DNA from: Folioceros fuciformis
Lineage: Eukaryota
Direction of reading: 5' to 3'
Length of the DNA stretch: 49,318 bases
NCBI GenBank assembly: GCA_049999805.1
Contig: JBNGIO010006396.1
Location: forward strand, 347,691 to 397,008
The notes beneath the pieces are model-generated. The model ran no database searches. It saw only the letters and a program-made list of their open reading frames with translations, and was not told where the DNA came from. Shown in pieces: positions 23,420 to 35,304 of the stretch. The stretch's first letter is position 1; each line of letters begins with the position of its first letter. A program made the translations under genes and the position numbers.

Positions 23420-24851
23420 CTAAGGCAATCGACAAACTGGAAATTTTGAATTGTGGGAATCCAGCGACTCACCGGAAGAAGGAACGACGCAGGCATGCTC
23501 AACACTAGGCTCTGGAGGATGAACAATGCCAGCTTGCGTTTCCTCCTGGCTCAGTTCACGAGGTCGCTTTGAAGGCTTCGGGGCCCCAGTATGCTCAGAT
23601 TCAGGAGCCCTCAATTGTACCAGGGCCAAACTTCCGCGTTTCTTGCCACGAGAGACATCCCCTTGCATTTCCTGATGCGATTCCACCAGTCGACTCATTC
23701 CCGCCTGGCCAGGTTCACAATTATCCCTCGTTTCCAGATCCTCAACAGCCTGTAATTTCACATCCCGGCCACTTCGATTTGCCATGCCATCTGTATTTGT
23801 ACACACCCGAGATTATAGGCATCGGACAACTTTAGAAGCAATCACAAGAATGCCCGCAATTTGTGAATCTAAGGAATGGAATCGACTTACCAGGGGAAGC
23901 AGCTTGACACGCAGGTTGAGAAGTAGATCCCGGACCACACATGCCTGCCATAGACCTCATATCCACGAGCCCAGGGTCTAGAGACTGTGGCAGGGCCAAG
24001 AGAGCGGATTCATGGCCACAGGAAGCATTCACCTTCATTTCTTCGTTCAGGACGGGGCTCGGCTCAGGGTCGCTCACCTCCACATATTGCTGAGCAGCCT
24101 GCTCATTCCCGCCGCCTGAGCCACTTCCCTCTCCCATGGTCTCCAAGCTCACCTGCGTAAGCATATCGTGGGGCTTTGGCCAAAGCTCGAGGATTTTCCT
24201 ATAGAGCTTGTTCAGCTTCTCTTCCATTTTGGTCAAGCCCATGTACGTCTGAGACAGTGTGGGACAGCATTCAAACTCGGGCTTGTCCTCTTGTGCGTCC
24301 TCATGTCCTGCCAAAGCAAGAGTAAGCTGAGGTGGGGCCTCGTGCTCCACCTGGACATCCAACGCCGGCACATCCAGAGCATTCTGGGCCGCAACCCCTC
24401 CTTCCCCTTGCCTGGGATTAGACGTAGAAGGAGCAGCCGTCCGCAGAGAGTGTTCTGGTATCTTGGGAATGGCCCATCTCCCCTTGAACTGGGCCTCGTA
24501 GGCGAAGGTTACCCAGTCCACAGGGAAACCTCTCCATGCGGCAACAGCGCCTTTGGCAAAGGCGATGCCCGAATGGGCCCAATCGGCGCCTCTGTAAGGA
24601 TAAACCTTTTCTACCAGGTTTTTCAGAAATGCCGTCTTTATTGTCCGAGCGTGTGTGAGGCGGATGACTTTCGCGCCATCCCAGACGAACTCTTCCATCA
24701 CGTCCTGGTCGCTCACAATTCGATCCCAGCCACGGTGGTCTCTTGGACTAAGGCCCTGATTGCTCAGGCCCAGGCTGAAGAAGTAGTCCCTTTCAAGCAC
24801 AGGACCCCTCCTCTTAGGGTTACCTCCAGCCACTGCCATCGCCATCGCCAT
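23420..24851 (-). CDS. Family B gene B3 (close paralogue of B1, at least 2 exons)
   Basis: ORF 23832-24851 (GIAFAKGAVAAWRGFPVDWVTFAYEAQFKGRW) and ORF 23420-23806 (SHQEMQGDVSRGKKRG) match B1. Donor SPG|gtaagt at ~23890. Confidence 0.75.
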
Positions 24852-24999
24852 CGTCTGCTGCTCCTGCTCCTGCTGTTGCGTTGCTCTCGCCGATGCCGCG
24901 ACGCGCCTCGCCTCGCCTCGTCCCGCTTAGCGCAGTTAAAGCTTCCAACGAAAGAGTCGTGTGCGTTCAGTTAGCGCAAAAAGGGAATGAAGGGAAAGG

Positions 25000-25330
25000 T
25001 CAAGTTGCAAAAAACACAATTAACCTCTTTTTATACAGAAACGGGGTTGGGGTTCCACTGTACCGAGGTGGAGACCGGGCGAACGGACAGTTCCGGCCCA
25101 TGCATTTTGTAGCCAGGAATCGGATTGCTTGGCCATACCACAGTCCATAGATTCCAGGTTGCAGGATATCGAGCCCTTGGAGAGCTACATACATGTACAG
25201 CCTCAGCATACTCGTCCGGAACCTGCGCGCAAAGGGGCTTCTCGTGGTGAGACGATATAATTCCTTTCGCATGAATTCAGACTCTTCAGAGTGTTCGTGT
25301 TCATGTACTCTGCTCCTGGAGTGCACGAGA
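25000..25330 (-). other. Conserved short reading frame C2 upstream of B3 (3' part of ORF 25000-25869)
   Basis: HEHEHSEESEFMRKELYRLTTRSPFARRFRTSMLRLYMYVALQGLDILQPGIYGLWYGQAIRFLATKC aligns without gaps to C1. Confidence 0.4.
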
Positions 25331-26264
25331 TGTGCAGTGTGCCTTACTTCTACCCCACAATCCAGATATGCAGAAGCATCAACTGGTCTCAACCGAATGC
25401 TGAAGCTCGGCAATTGAGCTCGACCACTGACCTCATTCAGAGTAGAAGCGATCTTGTGATGTGGAGTGTGACTTCTCGGGTGAGCTGGCCAATCAGAATT
25501 TTCTCTACAGCTGCAGGAGAGCTTGCTGCCCCGTGGTCGTGCACGTACATCAGGGCCGTCACCATGCTGGGTCAATTGGCATCTCCCCAAGAAGGTGTTC
25601 GTGATGATGTTGTGCTGGACAAACGTGGACAAGGGGAGTTTCGGTAAGATGACCCTGGAGGAGGAGGGAACAATCGGGACTGCAGGGAGTGAAGCTGCAG
25701 ATGGAGGCCGGGCCAAGGCTGCAGGGAGAAGCGGAGAAAATACAACCAGGGAAGGGGGGCATAAGGATACTGGCGGAGGGGACGGCCTATCGTCTGTAGG
25801 GGAGGGACACGGGATCGAGTGACAGGACATGTAGGAGAGTACATAGGGGCTGGGCCGGGAGAGGGGCAAGAAGGGCCTTCCTCCAGTTAAACATCAGCAG
25901 GGCATTGACAACATTGACGAAAGAGACCAGAGAGTCTGTCCACTGCTGCAATCATTGTTCATCTACCAATTACACCCCAGGGCCTGCAGAAGGAAGCAAG
26001 CGGCAAGAGTCTATATAGAAATCATGAGTTCCCTCCGGAGTAGGAGATGTACATAACCCATTCAATATCAGAACTCTCCAGTTAAGCCCTATACCAAGAT
26101 GGGACCTATCCTTTGGGTGATCCATATTTGCAAATCGTCGCAGCTCTGCCTCCACAGCTGCCTCCGCTCACTCCGTGGTGAATTGAAGTGATTTAAAGTA
26201 AAAGCTGATGATGCTTATGACCCATGAAGTGTATTTGTGCAGGACGGGGAGTTACAAAGTCTCT

Positions 26265-26530
26265 TGGCAGAAACTTGATGGACTTGCCCACTAGAGCTTT
26301 TTTCTTGGAGAGCCCCGTCCCTCCCTGCTCCAGCACTAGCTCGAACCATGACCACAAGCGGTTTCACAGCTGTTGCTTCGGTCTGCAGCCCAGTAGCCAT
26401 CAGCGCTGCATAATGGGGACGTCATATGTTATCCTTAAAACAGCACATAGACACGGGCAGTGTCCACGTCTTTGCAATAGGCCCTCTGCTGGGAGTTGGT
26501 GTCTCCAGAATCGAATCTGGGAAGCGAATG
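26265..26530 (-). pseudogene. Frameshifted fragment of the family A C-terminal domain
   Basis: Nucleotide match to 27590-27815 (tctcttggcagaaacttgatggacttgcccac; ctctgctgggagttggtgtctcca). Translates as IRFWRHQLPAE / YCKDVDTA / MATGLQTEATAVK with frameshifts. Confidence 0.8.
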
Positions 26531-27573
26531 CTTTGGAGCTTAGATAAGCAAGGAGCTGGTTGATCAACTGGCAGTTGTACTTCCAGTCCGGAGGAAGTAC
26601 AGCCGGGGTAGGGGGACAGGAGGATACTGCGGGTGGTGAGGAGGGGACGGCCTATTGGATGGATGTGGAGGACGGACATAGACCAGGCAGGAAGGGGCTC
26701 CAGTGACAGGAAATGTAGGAAAGTGCATAGGCACTGGGAATGGAGAGGGTCAAGGAGGGCCTTCCTTCAGCAATGAACTTCAGCAGGGAGTTGACACCTT
26801 GACGAAGGGGGCCACAGCTTCTGTTCACGCTGGAAGCAGTCATCTGCGGATGACACCCTCGAAGAAGAAGGAGGTGACAGAGTCTCCTTAAGTGTTTCAA
26901 TCACGTCCCCCGGCTGATGTATTGACACCCTTGAAGACGGAGGGCACAGAATCTGTTCAGTGCTTGAATCAGCGTGCCTGATCTGGGAAATGCTCCCTGG
27001 ATAGAAGTGATTCTGCACTTCACAGATTGGAAACTTTTTATGTATAGCTTATTCAGTCTGGAGAAACCACATCTTTGAGGAAAAAGGGTGCTTTTGAGGC
27101 GTACGAGTCTGTGTGTTGGGTAGGAGGAGAGCCAAGGAAACCTTATCTAGTCACCTTGGCACCACTAGATCTAATTACAGCGACCGTAGACAGCTTAGTA
27201 GCAGTTGGGTCGGTATGAATTAATAACTCATCAAAATGGAACTCTATTCGTCCGTCCTCCGATGTCACATAGCTCGCAGCTCGGTAGGATAGAAGTCTGA
27301 TTTTTATCAAAAACGAACTACTTGGTGCTTGTCGGACGTAAGTTCACTGTACACAAACCTCGGTTGAGGAGAGACTGAGGCTTCGAAGCTGGTCATTACC
27401 CAGCAGCACGACATGGTGGCGATCACAATAACTGTAGTGGATCACATCCCCTTCGCACCTGCAAGGTCACTAGCATCAATCAATATTTCATAAAGAAAAG
27501 ACCAGAAACAACAGAGATGCAGATGGGAGATTTGCATACATTGCGCGAGATCTGGAAGGTGGAGGAAATGGAG

Positions 27574-30300
27574 TTACCAAGCCATGCTGTCTCTTAGCAG
27601 GAACTTGATGGACTTGCCCACGAGAGCTGTTCCCTTCAGAGCCCTATCAGTCTCTGCTCCAGCACTGGCTCGAACGACGTCGAAAAGCTGCTTCACTGCT
27701 GCTGCTTCGGACTGCAGCCCAGCAGCCATGAGCGCTGTGTATCCTTCCAGCACACCAGCAGTGTCCACATCTTTGTAATAGGACTCTGCTGGGAGTTGGT
27801 GTCTCCAATATCGAAGCTCCCAGGCATCAACCAGCTCCCTGGCAACGTGCACCTTGCAAGCCTGCACTGCTTCCTTGAATGCCCGGATGTAGATCTCCAT
27901 GCTGCTCCTCAGGTCCGTCCTCTGGACTTGGTGGGCAGGAAAGTCCTCTTCAGCAAATGCAGATATAAGGCTTGTTGTCTCTTCAGTCAAGTCAGGATTG
28001 GCAACCTTAGCATTCCGCGCCTGCCATGATGGGTGCTGTAACAACACTTTGACCCTCTGCTCCAGAATCTTGCTGAACTCAGATGAGTACATGGTAAAGA
28101 TCTCCTGGAATGCATCGTTTTCCAGGCTTTCTGCGTCCTGCCAGGAGCTCAGGTTGAAATCCGATGGTGAAGTGCACTGGATTAGGAGGGGAGGGGTGCA
28201 CTTGGCATCCACTTCAGATTTGATGCATTTCATCCTCTCTCGAACAACCTTTGTTACCTTCGCTGCAAGGGACGGCAGAGACGTTGTTTTCCTCCTCATG
28301 TAGTTCGTGAGCCGTAGAGCTTCCATCTGCCCAATGGTATCCACTGAAACTCCTGGCACTTTCTGGTTCTGGTTCTTCACGGCTGCTTCATAACTGGCCT
28401 TTGCTGCATCATAGCCAGCCTGCGATCCATCTGCCGGTAGTGGGTACTTCCTCGGACGCCCTCGTCCCCGTTTGACAGGCAGGACTGATAGTTGAATGCT
28501 TCCATTTCCTGTTGCCTCCTTTCCTTGAACCATATCTGAAGAGACCTTCTGAGGAATCATCAACAACAAAGAAGTCAGTATTCCCCATCGTGGTCATCTA
28601 CAGCCATGCTCAACACCGTGTACAATATCATTGCATCGACATGTGCTCACTCAACTCACCGTAGGCAACGGAACCACAGATTGTGGAGCGCCAGGCATAG
28701 GATCTGGAGAAACAATCGTCGAGACTGCCCCGCCACCGGCCTTTGCAAGATCAACCTTCAATGGATATTTCCTTGGCCGCCCTCGTCCCCGTTTCACAGG
28801 CAGGGCTGGATCAGGTGCCTGTGCGCTTGCAGCAAGCCCTGTTGCCACAGTTTGGTTAACCGGGCTCTCTGGTGCATTTGCAGCCACCTGCCAGCACAAA
28901 AGATCACGTCCCTGCCTCAGACGACAAACTTGATAGAGGAAATGTTCACCATCATCAAGTACTTCCACACCTTAGGAAAGGAATCCGGTGTTGGGCAAGA
29001 AATGACATCTCTTGCGGGAACACCAGAAGATGATGTGCCATCAGTGCTCATTCGAACCTCCCCTGATTCTGGAGTAAAAGGAACTGCAACAGGAGAGAAG
29101 CCTCCTTCAAGGGGAAACGCAGTGGTGTTGGACATCGAGTCCTCAGGCCCTGTCGTCATAGTCCTGCTCGCAATAGGTGTCAAGGCTTGCGTCAAGCTAC
29201 TATCTGCTTCTTCAACCGCACCCCACTCCACCAGATGAACCATTGTTTCAGGGTTGGGTTTCAAGGCACTGTCAGAAGTGGTTCTCAAGCCGGGTCTGCA
29301 GCAGGACAATGGTTTGGCATCTGAAACAGGATAATCCTCATCAGCCGAGTCATCGGAGCTGAGGACTATAGGCTCCGGGATTGGTCCCACGGTGGCAGAG
29401 TTAGTGCCAAACTTTCGCCTCTTGCCACCTTCAGACCCAGAATGACCAGTATCCCGCCTGGACGACCGCCATTCTTCGAAACTCACATGCTCAGACTTGG
29501 AACTAAATCCAGAATACCAGTTCCCGACAGATATAGGCAAGATCATGTCATATGGTTCATCATTCTCGAAGGGCTCCGTCTTCACAGAGGCCCCAAAACC
29601 CTCCCAAGCCCCGTGCTCTGGCAGGCTTCCTGCAAGCACAGGAAGTGCACATCGGGACAGGTCACTTTGTTCCACATCAAGTCCTTCGGGAAGGCCTTCT
29701 GTCCCCTGGGAGGATGTGATGGATATGGTTCCTGCCGTAAGCGATCGGGACGTGGCGTCATTCCTGCACTTCGATTGCACAGCTAGCCAAGCATGGCAAT
29801 CCAGAATCAAGCAACTCACCAGAATTGGTCAAGGTCGCCCGCAGGCTGGACACACACTGATGAGCCTGGGCTAGGCGTTGCTGACAATTCGTCAGCTCCT
29901 CGTTCTCTCGTTTCTTCTCGCCCATACGCTGTAGCAGCTGTCCCGCAAAGGTCTCATGGGCTTGAGCTCGCCTGTCCTTCTCCATCATCACCACTCGGTG
30001 AGCTTGTGCTAGCAACTCCACTTGCTCTGATATGCTCTTCATTTCTGCTTCATTTTCCCTCTTCTTCCTCTCCAGCTCTTCGGACATTTGCAGCAGAGAA
30101 GACGCCGCCTTCACCTGCGCCTCTGACATCCCCATCTCCTCGACTAATCCTAGCCACAAATCTCGCAAGGCCTTCCTGAACAAGCACTCAACAAGTGTCC
30201 TACCACCGGATCTGCTGCTCGGCTTCGGCCCCTCTTTCAGGAACCAATCCCAGCTCTACCGCCCCCAAAATCTACCATGGTGTCACATCCTTCCATCACC
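27574..30300 (-). CDS. Family A gene A2: coiled coil, disordered linker, two AT-hooks, WELRYW domain (multi-exon)
   Basis: ORFs 29758-30183, 28917-29819, 28651-28968 and 27574-28569. LPVKRGRGRPRKYPL occurs twice. In-frame junctions FPK|VAANA and PLPT|KVSSD. DFNLSSWQDA...FQEIFTMYSSEF...ARELVDAWELRYWRHQ matches A1. The 5' end is not resolved. Confidence 0.7.
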
Positions 30301-32099
30301 AGATCTCCCCCTGCTGAGCACGAAAAAGGGGCTGCGGCGATCTGGTTGAGCTCCGTAAGGACTCCTGCCACCGCACAGCCCAACTGACGCACGACTAAGC
30401 GCTCCACTGCCGAAATCGGAGACTGTACTTCTTTCCGAGGCGTTATAGGCCTGGGGCGTGAATAACAGACTTTGCAACGTGCCGTGCATGAAAGCCTGGC
30501 AATATTGTCCGTGCTGGATGAGCCCACCTGATCAGATACGTGAAGGCGATCAAGTGTCTCCCACACCCAACAACCTTTTCCCTTTGATGAGAGTCAAAGA
30601 GACGTAACGACATCGGGACATAGAGGTCTTGGTGCAAGCAAGCGGTTCTGCACATCGAGCTGGAGCTAACACAGTCTTCCTCATGCCGACAGCATTCGAC
30701 GGATGCCAAGCCTCGATGGGCAGGTTCAACATCCCCATCTTGAAGCGTGTGAGGCACACAATCTGCAGCTCCCCACAGGTGCGACGGTGTCATGGTGGAG
30801 GCAGAATCGGGCACCACACCCCACCAAGTGGAGATGCTGGCAGCCTCGCGAGGTTGTGGCTTCCCGGCCCCCGAGGCGGATTCAAGCACATGGGCACACT
30901 TGCCTCGGAATGAGGGTGCCAAGCATGAGCCCCCCAGCTGACATGCCGTGCTGACCCATGTTTCCAAACTTTCCAGATTCCGGAATTCCAGATTCCAGCG
31001 GCTCGCAGGGACATTTGTGTGGCCGCGTGATGGCATCTTATCAGCTCCTCACAACCATGTGGCTATGGCGGTTCTACATCCTGTGGTACAACCTGATAGG
31101 ATACCCCGGTTGCCCGCCTGCCAAGCCGCCAATCCTGGCCGCGTATGTATCGAGACACAGCTGATACACAGACCATGCGTGCCTTTCCTTTCACTTTTGC
31201 CTTTGCCTGTGCTCGATCAGAGTTTACATCGTGCTTGTGCCGGAATGAGGAGGAAACGCAAGAGACAAACGAGCACTTCCAACCGGCATGTTCTGTCCTA
31301 AGAGTTGTTATCCACGACAGTTCATGGCCCAGGAATACCGTCACCTTCGGAGTATCATCCACTCATGGGTCATCTTCAAATTCAGCTGCTAAGGCAGTTC
31401 CATCCCATGCTTCATTCACGCTGCGTGTCTTGAGACTCGTGTGTTCACCCTGCTGACAGATTTGAAGCAAGTCAGCCTATTCCTGGAAGTTTAAGCCCGC
31501 CTCTCTCTCTGCTTGCTTTATCTTCAAACCTTGTCCTGCTTCCGAGGCTCAAGATATGCACACCTCTTTTCTAACGAGCTTGGCTCCGAACGGGCCTACT
31601 TCATCCCATATTGGATCGTGAAATTTCGCTGCCCCGCACAGCCGCGGTGGGCGAACGTCTGGGTGCCACCCCTCACATCCCAACGCAAGAGCGGAGAGCT
31701 GCGTCGTGAATTTTTCATCGCGTAGTTTCTTGTGACTGGGAACCGGTGGTGGGCTGTGTAGTCCTCCCATTGTTTGTGCTGCTTCGGATTTGCTGGTTCT
31801 TGACGAGGCTGTGTGTGGGGAGCGCACGCGTTGTGTGGTGGGTGTCCGGCGGTGGAGCTTGGACAGAGCTCAGACCAGGTAGTGAGGATTGGGCTCGGGA
31901 GGGTGTGTGTGCTCCTGTAGGCGGAGCTGGGATGTGGATTGCGCAGGATTTGGAGGGATTTTGGATTGCGTGTTAGGTCTGTGGAAGGTTTGTGGTCGAA
32001 GTGGAAGAGGGGATTTTCAGGTTGGGGAGATTTGGGGCATGAGGTAGCTAGAGACGGGTCTGGTTCTTGTTTTGTTTGGCCAGAAATTGCAACGACGAG

Positions 32100-35000
32100 A
32101 TGGGGGACTGGTACGAGCGGGATTGGATTCGTCGACAGGTGATGTCCTCAAACTGCTAGGGAGAAAAGCGTTTGCGGACTTTTCAGGAATGTCTTTTTTT
32201 TCCCCCTCCTTTGGGAGCCTCACGGTCTAGTCTGCTGTTTGCAGAACAAGGCCAAGCAGTGGCTCGAAGTTGTGACTGGGCAGCCCATACCTCCTGATAC
32301 TAATCTTCAAGATGTACTTGCAGATGGCAATTTGCTGTAAGTTTGCTTTTCGAAGGGACAGTCTATTCGGACTCTGATTCAGGAATATCATTCCCACTAA
32401 TCTTGCACTTTTCAGGTGGTTGGCAGCAAGGAAGATTAAAAGTTTGATGAAGATAGAGGGAACAGAAGAGAAAAACCGGAGGAAGAGTGCTTACACTCGG
32501 TATGACAATGTGGCCGAGTTTATCCAGGTTGGTGACGAGGAATATTACTAGTCCTGTTGCCATCGCTAGATGGTGTTAACATGAAGGACATGCTCATTGT
32601 GCAGGTCTGCAAGGATGTTGGAGTAAAAGACATTGACCTATGTGTGGCATCTGATGTCGTAGAACGAACAGGGGATTTGCATATGCCAGTCACATGTCTG
32701 CGAGCCCTCTCGAAAAAATGCAGAGCAAAGGATCTTCCAGTAAGGGCCTGATGAGCGCTTGATGATTCGATTTGGTATGCTTCACTGGCTTACGGCTGTT
32801 TTCCGTTTTCCAGATTCCAGATTTTGACAATGTGTCAGGCTTTGGTTTGGCGAGCACTCCCGGTACTTCTTTGGGACATCCTATCTGTTGTGGGTGGATG
32901 CTTTTGTTTGCATTTCAGAGAAACTGATGTGTGCAATTGGTGGTCTTGCAGACAGTACAACTAAAGATAATGACAAGTTTCCAGGTCTTGTCATGGTATG
33001 ATCTTCTTACACCTAGTTTCTTGACTCGGGTTTGAAAATGTGTAGGTAGGTCTTCTTGCCTGCTGACTTGAATTTTGTTCGTCATGGTTTTTTTTGTACA
33101 GCCATCTCCCGCACCAGAAGCCGTTGTAAGCCGGTCATCTTCAGAGCTTGATTTAGGAGCTGTAAGGCGCCTTTCAATGGATGACAATTTGTTTAATTCT
33201 CCAGACAGCCTAACTCCTCCTGCGAAGGTGAGCATGGCTTCTTTGCAGTGTGCAGATTTCCCTTAGGTTTCAAGGTTTATCAAGTCTACTCAAATGGTCG
33301 ATGCAGGTACCAGCGGTGGAAACTGCCTCATCTCTGACTCCTGAGAGCTCACAAAAATCCTCTCAAGCACCAACACCTGGAGCTCCAACAACTCCTGAAA
33401 GTCTGCACATACCCTTGCAAGCATTGGATCCTGGCGCTCCAAATGTTGCGACCAATGGATCCATTCCATTGCAACCTCTCCCTGTGGAGGTCCCAAGACC
33501 CGAGTCACAAGCTGCAAGCGAGGAACCTCCAGGTCAAAGAAGATCATCGTCTCCTCCAACATTGGGAACCCCATCACCCATGGGAAGTGGGGATGCCCTT
33601 GGTCCGGCCTCTGAGCAAGGTTTAGGCAAGGTTGAAAGTGATGGTGCGGATACAAGTGGGAAGGAGGAGGCTACTGGTACAGCAGCAGACCTTGCAGGCA
33701 ACAAGATTAGAGGTGCCGGTGCGGAGAAAGTACTTGCAGGTGACAAGGGCGATGTCTCGCGTTCGGTTAACAAGGGAGATATTTACAATTTATCAAGCCC
33801 AACAACCCCAGCCGCCCCAACTCCAGCACCTCCAAGGAGGAGGAGGCCCGTAGATGATTTACCTGGAGGATCTTACATAGTAACAACCAATGACAGGAAA
33901 AGGGACAAGGATCCGCCCACAAGGGGATCTACCACAAAGCCTCAGGCCAGCCTTCCTGACAGAAGGTCAGGTGCAGATGTTTCTACGACGGTTGGTTCTA
34001 CTGCTTCCGATAAGACTAGAAGTGGAGAGCTGTTACCGAAAGTGGTGCCCCCTCCCTCACAGCAACCAGCAGCAGAGAGTAGGGTAACAGATGCCAAAAG
34101 CAGGGCAACAACTCCCGTTGTTCAGCCCGTTACCCGGGAACAAAGCATTGGGAGTACAACGTCCAGGGCAACATCTGCTGCTCCTATGCAGTCTTTAACA
34201 TCAGAGAAAGGTGTATCTTCTGCTCCCTTGAGAACGGCAACCGCAGCTCCCCAATCTCCTGTACCCGAAAAAGTGGCTATCTCAACCACTCCTGTGAGTC
34301 CAGGGGATAAGCGACCTGCTCCGTCTAAGGCGCCTGTTACTGCAGGCAAGACACGCTCTGATGACAAGAAAGCTGGAGATGCTGCAAGGAAGACTGTTGT
34401 GACGTCCCATACAAATCCAAATGGCACCCAGACTCAGATTCCAGCAAAGACAAGTTCTTCAGTTGTCGATGACAAACGGAATCCAGATGTCCCGTCAAAG
34501 GCAACACCTGCTCCTTCCCAGCCTAGACCTGTTGAGAAGAGGCCAGGAAGTGCACCTTCCAAGGACGCTGCGACTGTGGTCAAGCCCAAGACCAGTGACA
34601 CAGGAATGGCCCAGCCCAAGCCCAGTGATAAAGGAAAGGAGGCTGATACACCGACGGTAAGAAAAACTCATACCCATGATGCTTCTGCCACACATTCTCA
34701 TATGATGGTCCCCCTTTTGCAGAATTCTTTAGTTCTAACTCCATTCCCACAGAACCAGGTCTCGAGAAAACGACTATGGATTCCAGTCATAGCAGGTGCC
34801 GTCGCTCTCGTGGGAACTTACCTTGCAGTGCGCTCCAGGTACAGATCCAGGTTGTTTGCTTAGGCAACTAGTGTAACAAAGGGAGCATGGGGAAGAGTTT
34901 TTTTTTCCTTCGCAGGGTTACCTGGGATTTTGCAGAAGTTGCGTTTCAAAAGCAGGTACTTCAACTGCTGAGGTGTAGGGTCCATTTGTCAAAAACAGAT

Positions 35001-35304
35001 CTAGCTGCATAAGGCATCGATGGAGGCAGCGTGCTATCTGTCTACAGATGGCGAGGCCCAACATGTGCCTCAGCTTCCTCCCTGGCTGTTTCTGGGTAGT
35101 TTGACTAACTGCTGCCTCTGTTTGTGTTATGGCTGTGCGTTCAGGAAACCAACGGCAGTGATTTATGAGGTCAAGCAAGGGGACACTCTGTACAAAATCT
35201 CCAGAAGGAGTGGCAAGAGCAACTGGGAAGAGCTGGTTCGGATGAACCCTGACATCAACAACCCAAATCTCATCTATCCTAGTGAACGTCTCAAATTGAA
35301 TTAA
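32100..35304 (+). CDS. Calponin-homology (CH) domain, long S/T/P/K-rich linker, transmembrane helix, C-terminal LysM domain; multi-exon
   Basis: Spliced N-terminus MGDWYERDWIRRQ|NKAKQWLEVVTGQPIPPDTNLQDVLADGNLL|WLAARKIK...YDNVAEFIQ|VCKDVGVKDIDLCVASDVVERTGDLHMPVTCLRALSKKCRAKDLP|IPDFD is a CH domain. TM segment WIPVIAGAVALVGTYLAV. Phase-2 intron 34839-35144 joins in frame to KPTAVIYEVKQGDTLYKISRRSGKSNWEELVRMNPDINNPNLIYPSERLKLN (LysM). Confidence 0.85.

Larger units (their letters stand above)
22735..25580. repeat. Segmental direct duplication, copy 2 (partner 11810-14475)
   Basis: Collinear with copy 1 across the 3' flank, family B gene, intergenic segment and frame C. Confidence 0.9.

Noticed and set aside
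30300-31460. Additional upstream exons or gene for A2
   Set aside because: Several short frames with stops and only a weak GDG..VTP resemblance to 10563-10787; no defensible model.
35020-35304. Stand-alone small LysM gene or bacterial HGT/contaminant
   Set aside because: The first ~41 codons look intronic. A ttcag acceptor at 35144 joins LysM in frame to the upstream gene.
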